Source of the DNA: Paraspadella gotoi
Taxonomy: Eukaryota; Animalia; Chaetognatha
Length of the DNA stretch: 25,018 bases
Reading direction: 5' to 3'
NCBI GenBank assembly: GCA_051294375.1
Contig: CM119268.1
Location: 2,451,917 to 2,476,934, forward strand
A model generated the notes under the pieces. It searched no databases. It had not been told where the DNA came from and was given only the letters and a program-made list of their open reading frames with translations. This document shows, piece by piece, positions 17,775 through 25,018 of the stretch; position 1 is the first letter of the stretch; every line of letters begins with the position of its first letter. The position numbers and the translations under genes are program-made.

Positions 17775-17895
17775 CGTCTTTGTCGTCGTCGTTATATCGA
17801 CTTCGTCGTCTTCTCCGTCATCGTCTTTTTCTTCTTCGTCGTCGTCGTCGTCTTCATCGTCGTCGTCGTCATCGTCGTCGTCTTCATCATCGTCG
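17775..17895 (-). repeat. (GAC/GAT)n block on the minus strand, abutting a 25-N gap
   Basis: tcgtcgtcgtcttcatcgtcgtc... Confidence 0.85.
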
Positions 17896-17959
17896 NNNNN
17901 NNNNNNNNNNNNNNNNNNNNATAAAGAGAGGGATAAATCCTCCATTAAAGATTCCTAAG

Positions 17960-20900
17960 CATTTTGTTTAAAGATGACTGTTTCCTGCCAGAGCAAAAAA
18001 TCATTCCCTGCCATGAAAACATCACTTATAATAATTTTAGTAAAAATATTGCCTGCCAAAACCCAGAAATTATTCCAACTGGCTGGGTAATAACAGAAAA
18101 AACATCTTAGGGCCAACGGAGATTGTCCGTACGAATTTCTCTTTGAAAAATGACTGTTCCTGCGCAAGAAAAAATCATTTCGACTGAAAAATCCCCTTTC
18201 AACTTTCTTATGTATATATATATATATCTCTAGCCAACAGAAATTATTCTGTGTGCAGACGAGCAAACCTGCTAATGAGAAATTTCCTTTAGGTTTTTTG
18301 GTTTCAAAAATGACTGTTCCTGGCCAGCAAAAAAAATTCCTGCCAAAAAAAAATCCCTTTAAATATTTTTAGTAAAATCGTCCTGCCAACAGAAATTATT
18401 CCTGCGTGAGAAAAATATACGTGCAATAAATTTCCTAAGCTTTTGTCCAAAAAAATTACTGTTTCCTGCCAAGCAAGAAAATCATTCCTGGCCCATGAAA
18501 ACCCCTTTATTATTTTTAGTAAAAATAGTCTTGCCACAGTAGAAATTATTTCCTGCTGCTGAAAACAACATCCTGCCCCCAACAGATTTTTACAGCATTT
18601 GTTATGAAAAAATGACTGTTCCTGCCAGCAAAAAATCAATTCCTGCCATGAAAAATCACCCTTTCAATTCTTTTAAGTAAAATAATCCGGCCAAAAAGAA
18701 ATTAATGCTGCTGTGGAAGAAAAAAATCCATGCTAATAGATTCCTTGGATTTTGTTTCAAAAAATTGACTGTTCCTGCCAAGCAAACAAGTCATTCTGCC
18801 CATGAAAAATCCCCTTTAATATTTTTAGTAACACATAGTCCTCCGAACAGAAAATACTTCTCCGCTCGCTGCGCAGCAAAAACATCCCTGCCAAAAAAAG
18901 ATTTCCTTCGATTATTGTTTAAAATAAATGACTGTTCCTGCCAACAAAAGTCATCTGCAAAAAACATTTTTACACCTTACTTCTTTTAGTAAGTACGCTT
19001 CCCTGAACAAGAACATTATTCCTGCATGTCCAAGAAAAAAATCCCTGCAAAAATTTCCTAAGTTTTTTGTTTGAAAAAATGACTTGTTCTCGCACCGACA
19101 AAATCATCCTGCATGGAAAATCCATTTAATATTTTAGTAAAATAGTCCTGCCAAACGAGAAATAATCATGCCTGTAGAGAAAAAAAATCCTGCTAACAAG
19201 ATTTCCTACAGCTTTTGTTACAAACAAATTCAACTGTTCCTCCCAAGCAAAAAGTCATTCTCGCATGAAAAAATCCCCTTCTTAATATTTTAAGTAAATA
19301 GTCTGCCAACAGAAATTAATTCCTGCTGTAAGAAAAAAATCCTGACTAATAAGACTTTCCCTTGGATTTTGTTTGAAAAAGAAACATGTTTTCCTGCCAG
19401 AAACAACGTCACTTCCGCTAGGAAATTCCCTTTACATATTTTTAGTAAAATAGTCCGCCAAACGAAATTATTTCCTGCTGTAAGAAAAAATCCTGCCAAA
19501 GAGATTCATACGATTTTTCTTTGGCACACCAATGACTGGCTTCCTTGCAGCAAAACATCATTCCCTGCCAATGAAAAATCCCCTTTACAATTCTTTTAGT
19601 AAAATAATCCTGGCGGCAAGAAGAAATATCCTGCTGTGAGAAAAAAAATCCTCAGTAACTAAGGGAGATAGTTCCTCGTGGAAGTGTTTTTGTATTAAAA
19701 AATGACATTGTGCCTGCCCAGCAAAAAATCATTCCTGCCCAATAGAAAAATCCCACTTTAATATTTTTAGTAAAATATCTGCCAACAGAAATTAAATCAT
19801 GCTGTGAGAAAAAAATCCTGCCAAAAAAGATTTCCTAGCTTTTGTTAAAAAAATTTCACTGTTCCTCGCAGGCACAAAAAGTCATTCCTGCCATGAAAAA
19901 TCCCCCTAATATTTTGTAGTAAAAATAGTCCTGCCAACAGAAATTTACTGCTGTAGACAAAAAATCCTGCTAAATAAGATTTCCTTGGATTTGTGTTTGA
20001 AAAATGACTGTATCCTGCCAGCCAAAAAGTACAATTCCATGCCTATGGAAAAATCCCCTTTTAAATTATTTTTAGTAAAATGTCCTGCGCAACAGAAATT
20101 ATTCCCTGCTCGTAAAAAAAAATCCTGCCAAAAGAGATTTCCTACGATTTTCCTTTGAAAAAATGACTGTTCCTGCAGCAAAAAATCATTCTGCCATGAA
20201 AAATCCCCCTTTCCATTCTTTAGTAAAATAAATACCTGCCAAAAAGAAAATTAATCCCTGCCTAGTGAGAAAAATCCTGCCTAATAAGATTTCCTTGATT
20301 TGCGTTTTAAAATCGACCTGCGCTTTCGCACGACAACACACCAAACTGACAACGAAAAGTCCCTTAATATTTTCTCACGTAACATAGTTGAACAGAAATC
20401 AATCCTGCGCTCGTGAGAACAAAACTCTGTCTAAGATCTTTCACACGCTTTCGCGTTTTAAACAACTCGCATGTTTCTTTGAGACTAAAACATTTGGCGC
20501 ACAAAATCTTTTTCACTCTCTCACTTTCCTATCAAAAGTCGCGCAACGAAATTAATCCATGCTGATAGGAAAAAAATCCTGACTAAATAGATTTCCTAAA
20601 GCTTATTGGTTCAACCAAAACTTAACATTCTCCGCCACAAAAAAGTCATATCCTCGCCATAGAAAAAATCCCATTTAAATATTTTTAGTGAAAAGGTCCT
20701 GCCAGAACAATTATATCCTGTCTCTCCAGAGGAAAAAAATCCCATGCTAATAAGATTTCCCAAGCTTGCTTCAAAAAAGACTGTTCCTGCCCAGCAAAAA
20801 CTCATTCCGCCACGAAAAATCCCACCAATCATTTATTTTGTTCCTGCCCACGAAAAATTAATCCTGCTGTAAAAAATACTTGAGAGCCAATCAATCCAAT

Positions 20901-21005
20901 GCCCTGCCAACCGGAAAAAAATTCTGACCTGTTAAAAAATACGTCTTTGATGCTACTAATTCTTTTTATCCCAACGAAGTCCCTGCTGGTCGAATCCTGC
21001 CAAAA
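17960..21005. repeat. Satellite array, ~19 monomers of ~150-155 bp, AT-rich with recurring CCTGC and A-tracts
   Basis: Landmark tgactgttcctgcc recurs near 17975, 18151, 18311, 18457, 18613, 18766, 18929, 19080, 19231, 19385, 19533, 19703, 19857, 20005, 20164 ... 20779. Approximate consensus: aaaaatgactgttcctgccagcaaaaaatcattcctgccatgaaaaatcccctttaatatttttagtaaaatagtcctgccaacagaaattattcctgctgtaagaaaaaaatcctgctaataagatttccttggattttgtttg. Confidence 0.95.
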
Positions 21006-22299
21006 GAGCAGTAACCACCGTTTCCGATCTGTCCGTCCCTTCTAGATCCATTCGAGGAATCATTAAATCAATTCTGCCAACTGTAGTATTAGCAAGCTTG
21101 CAGCTCCGAGTTTTAAAGTCAGTACGTCGAGGTACTTAACTGATTCATTTTTTTTCAAGAGCCTTTCTTTTTTTTTCCTCTTACAAGCATTAAAAAAAGT
21201 TCTTTTGTGCTCAGAAAAACTCTCATTCTATTTCGACTAAAATCACGTTAATACATCTCCTTTTTTTTTATTCCTTTTCAAAAACAATCTTTTTTTAATG
21301 ATTACCGTCTCCCTCATCCTCTTTCCAACTATATCCGTCTTTCCACTCACTTATCTTTTACAGGTGAAACCTTACCTCAATTTACCTTAAAACTCGCTTT
21401 TCTTCGAATACACCGCCTCCTTTCTCGTGTCATCACTTCACAGTGTTATTATATCACACATCAACACTCATCCCGTGGATCAGGTTTTTCGACACTCCCT
21501 GCAGGCCGCTCCTCAATGGTAGGGTTTAAATCTCGGACCCGATTCTTCCCACCTTTATCCCTCACCATCTGTACCCCTCATCCCACTCACCCACGCCTCT
21601 CTCTACACTTGCAATCTCCCATACCCATCCAATCTCCCTTCCCCGCTCAGCACCTGGCTCCGGCCGACAGATGTAATTCCCCGGCGAAGAGATCCACAGC
21701 AATCGTTCACACACGTCCTGCGACCGCCGTTGGGCGCCAACTCCTATCCCGCCGCCCACCGAGCCGCACAGCAGCGCCCGCGGAGATGAGCTTGGCTCTA
21801 GGTCGTGGACGTAGCGCTTGAAGGATGGCAGATGGCCAGGGATAGAGCGACGAGGGCTATCAGCACCATGACCTGATGGTGGAGTAAAAGGGATGAAGTG
21901 GTGGACAAAGTAAGTCGTGAGAGTTGTACAGACGAGCGAGTGATAAGACTCTGAGTATATCACTTGGTGAGTAGAGGGCGAAGGAGCGATGACGAAAAGG
22001 AAGAGATCTACAAGGTGGGGGCGGGGCGGGGGGGGGACGAGTGGGTTAGGAATGGGGTGAATCCAAAGGGGGATGTGTATGGACAGGGGGTTGAAAATAA
22101 TTAAATTGATTCACTACATAATACTCCTTTAAGTTGAAATTTCCTGGCATGTTGTATTTTTTTTATCTCTCTATCTCTCTCTCTCTCTCTCTCTATCTTC
22201 TCTCTTCTCGTTTTCAAGAATTACTTCTCTAAAGTCTAATAATCGTTACAACGAACAAAAAGCATAAACTTGGTCCTGTGAACAAGTTGGTCTCGTCCC

Positions 22300-22320
22300 G
22301 CGTCGTCGTCGTCTTCATCG

Positions 22321-22352
<32 letters not shown>

Positions 22353-22386
22353 ATCGTCGTCGTCGTTTTCATCGTGGCGTCATCGA
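22300..22386 (-). repeat. (GAC/GAT/GAA)n block with an 18-bp super-period (tcgtcgtcgtcttcatcg)
   Basis: Directly visible, about 4 copies of the 18-mer. Confidence 0.85.
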
Positions 22387-22613
22387 CCTCTGAGCAAAGT
22401 CTTAGGCTAAATCCCTCCCTCTGAACGCAATGCAGGGTACGACCTTTAATTCATTGCCGCACGAACAGAATATCACACATACATTGTGCGCATGACCTCA
22501 TACCTCTGACATTCCTATTGCAGTTTGCAAGAGAAAGAGTCCTTGTTGCGTTTCAACATCGATTTGAGTCGGGAGTCGTGGCAACGAGGTGAGGCAATTT
22601 CTCGTGATGGATG

Positions 22614-22657
<44 letters not shown>

Positions 22658-22683
22658 GCCGTTACACGAAACGCGGCTTCTAT

Positions 22684-22813
22684 TGACGTCAGCAATGACG
22701 CGTTCGGTGACGCGTTCGCAATTTCGCTTCCCGCGTTTCGCCTCCTCACGATCGTCGTGATATTCACTTTCGTGACGCGGGTTTTGTGACGCACTAGTTA
22801 GATTCGTGACGCG
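22684..22813 (+). promoter_or_regulatory. CpG-rich homotypic cluster of TGACG motifs (one full CRE palindrome)
   Basis: TGACGTCA at 22684, TGACGCG at 22695, 22708, 22773 and 22807, and TGACGCA at 22787. Confidence 0.3.
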
Positions 22814-24284
22814 ACGTGGCGTTCCCACAAACCGGATTCGCCCTTCCCCCTCCTCCTCCTCCTCCTCCTCCTCCTTCCCCCCCCCTGAGGCGATAAAGGA
22901 TCGAATGTCATCGAAGGAAAAAAATATCTCGATTTCAACTTTGAAATCAAATCTTTTATTTCTTTTCCTTTTATTTTCTTCTTTCTTTTCTATTTTCTTT
23001 TTCTTTTTTTTCTTTTATCTTTTCTTTTATTTTACTTTTTCTTTTTTTTTTCAATTCTTTTCTCTTTTTCGTTTTTTTTTNNNNNNNNNNNNNNNNNNNN
23101 NNNNNNNNNNNNNNNNNNNNNNNNNNNNNNNNNNNNNNNNNNNNNNNNNNNNNNNNNNNNNNNNNNNNNNNNNNNNNNNNNNNNNNNNNNNNNNNNNNNN
23201 NNNNNNNNNNNNNNNNNNNNNNNNNNNNNNNNNNNNNNNNNNNNNNNNNNNNNNNNNNNNNNNNNNNNNNNNNNNNNNNNNNNNNNNNNNNNNNNNNNNN
23301 NNNNNNNNNNTTCTTTTCTTTTCTTTTCTTTTCTTTTCTTTTTTCTTTTTATTTTCCTTTTTCTTTTCTTTCCCTTTCGTTTCTCCTAAATCCCAGATCT
23401 AGTGTCGCGCTCGGAATCCATTTTTCTTCGCCCCCCNNNNNNNNNNNNNNNNNNNNNNNNNNNNNNNNNNNNNNNNNNNNNNNNNNNNNNNNNNNNNNNN
23501 NNNNNNNNNNNNNNNNNNNNNNNNNNNNNNNNNNNNNNNNNNNNNNNNNNNNNNNNNNNNNNNNNNNNNNNNNNNNNNNNNNNNNNNNNNNNNNNNNNNN
23601 NNNNNNNNNNNNNNNNNNNNNNNNNNNNNNNNNNNNNNNNNNNNNNNNNNNNNNNNNNNNNNNNNNNNNNNNNNNNNNNNNNNNNNNNNNNNNNNNNNNN
23701 NNNNNNNNNNNNNNNNNNNNNCTGGTAAGAGATCTATCCTCGCTGACGTTTCCTTCTCAGATTAAAATTTTGTTTTGGGATTTAATCTCTGAGAATTCAT
23801 CGCTTTTTCTATTATTACATCATTTTCTTTACATAAATTTATCATTTTATTTGTCTGCATTAGAAGGAAGAGCAGCAATGAATTAATTCATGCTTCATCA
23901 TTGAAGTAATTTCGTTTCCACGAAAGGTCAGTCATTTGGTAGTAGGGACGAACAACGATACAAATTGGCAGGGAAGACCCGGTCAGTAATAATAACGATA
24001 GCTTATTTATTAAATGAATGGATAATTTTTATATTGGTTGTACCAATTTCATAAACCGATCAGGTAAACACGAAACAGCCTCTCACATTTTATTCGGTTC
24101 ATCTTCATGGCAAAGACGCCTTAAGTCAGACCTGTCAACGACAAAGCGCTTAGACAAAAGAGAAACAAATGAAAAAAAAAGAAACAATAAAAAACAAAAC
24201 AAAAAAACAACAAAAAAAACACGGAATTAAAAGGACGGCTTTTGGCACCGAGTGTTCTTTTGTTTCGTTCGCGAGATGTATTTG

Positions 24285-24569
24285 GCGGCATTGAGCGGCA
24301 TCGAGGGGCATTGATCGGCATTGAGCGGCATCGAGCGGCATGGAACGTCATTGTACATCATTGAGCAGTTTTGAGAAATATTGAGCGGTATTGAGCGACA
24401 TTAATTGAGTGGTATTGAGCATCATTGAGCGTCTTTGAACGACATTGAGTAGCTTTTAGCGACGTTGAGCAGTACTTAGCAGCATTAAGCGACAGTGAGC
24501 GGCATTAAGTGCCACTGAGCGGTATTTAGCGGCATTGATCGGCATTGATTGCCTTTGAGCGGCTTCGAG
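24285..24569. repeat. 10-bp minisatellite (consensus GCGGCATTGA), ~28 degenerate copies
   Basis: Directly visible. Best conserved at both ends, with one phase slip near 24401. Confidence 0.9.
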
Positions 24570-24689
24570 AGGAGAATCCGGTGACAATCTCAGGCGTCGG
24601 TTGAAAGAAAAAAAAATGTTGAAGGGTGAGGAGACCGGCAACCCTGTGAGCAAGCTCGTTGTTAACCAACTTAGGGACATCTCTTAGAG

Positions 24690-24955
24690 CGACTTTTTGG
24701 GCAACGAGTTTGGTGACCCTTTAGTCGGCTTTGAGGGAAACATTGTAGGTAACTTTGTGACCACATGGGTGACCCTGCGATCAACATTGTCTTTGTCCGA
24801 GACCCTGTAGGTGACACTGTGATGGACTTTGTGGAAGACCTCGAGAGTGGCTTTGTGGGCGACGCTGTGGGGGAATCTTTGGGCGGCCTTGTCAGTGACA
24901 CTATGGGGGACTTAGCGGGAGCACTGTTGGGGAGGTTGTGGGCGAAGCTGTGGAC
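24690..24955. repeat. Degenerate 12-bp minisatellite (GGGYGACNYTGT-like); minus strand reads as broken T-x-x-P repeats
   Basis: Units such as gggcgacgctgt, aggtgacactgt, gggcgaagctgt and gggcggccttgt. Confidence 0.7.
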
Positions 24956-25018
24956 GTGGCTTCTTACTGCTTCTTCCGCGTCTCCATCTCTCGCTGCCCA
25001 CTTAAATTTCTATCGGCT

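Noticed and set aside
21516-21963. GC-rich ORFs 21516-21821(+) and 21562-21963(-)
   Set aside because: No recognisable motif, and located at the degraded end of a probable low-quality read-derived segment.
10472-23728. ORFs containing long X runs
   Set aside because: Artefacts of reading through N-gaps.

Overview
Eukaryotic, probably animal, genomic DNA from a gappy draft assembly. It has 10 N-gaps, abundant (GA/CT)n and (GAC/GAT)n microsatellites, and GT-AG introns. Two protein-coding genes are well supported, both on the minus strand in the first 4.3 kb, and neither is correctly shown by the ORF track. (1) A secreted protein starting at ATG 838 and running off the left edge, with a signal peptide, a 4-Cys variant of the CBM14/peritrophin-A chitin-binding domain, a Pro/Thr mucin-like linker and a Gly-rich region. 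(2) A two-exon gene (4216-3957 + 3646-3229, 225 aa) encoding a metal-binding cupin. Its motifs (HRHLPAEVY ... VFIPSNVPHGILN ... EQIWF) closely follow the bacterial DddK/DddW-type DMSP lyases. An intron-bearing Ddd-like cupin in a eukaryotic chromosome is the most interesting item here. It is flanked by perfect nuclear-receptor-type AGGTCA direct repeats (DR5 upstream, DR3 cluster downstream). The remaining ~20 kb is mostly repeats: a ~2.8-kb inverted-repeat-bounded relic with broken spliced ORFs, MITE- and SINE-like elements, several minisatellites, Asp-codon-like triplet blocks, and a ~3-kb satellite of ~155-bp monomers with signs of 4-mer higher-order structure. Parts look like uncorrected long-read gap-fill. 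The host species cannot be identified from the sequence. All homology statements are from remembered motifs, not from searches.
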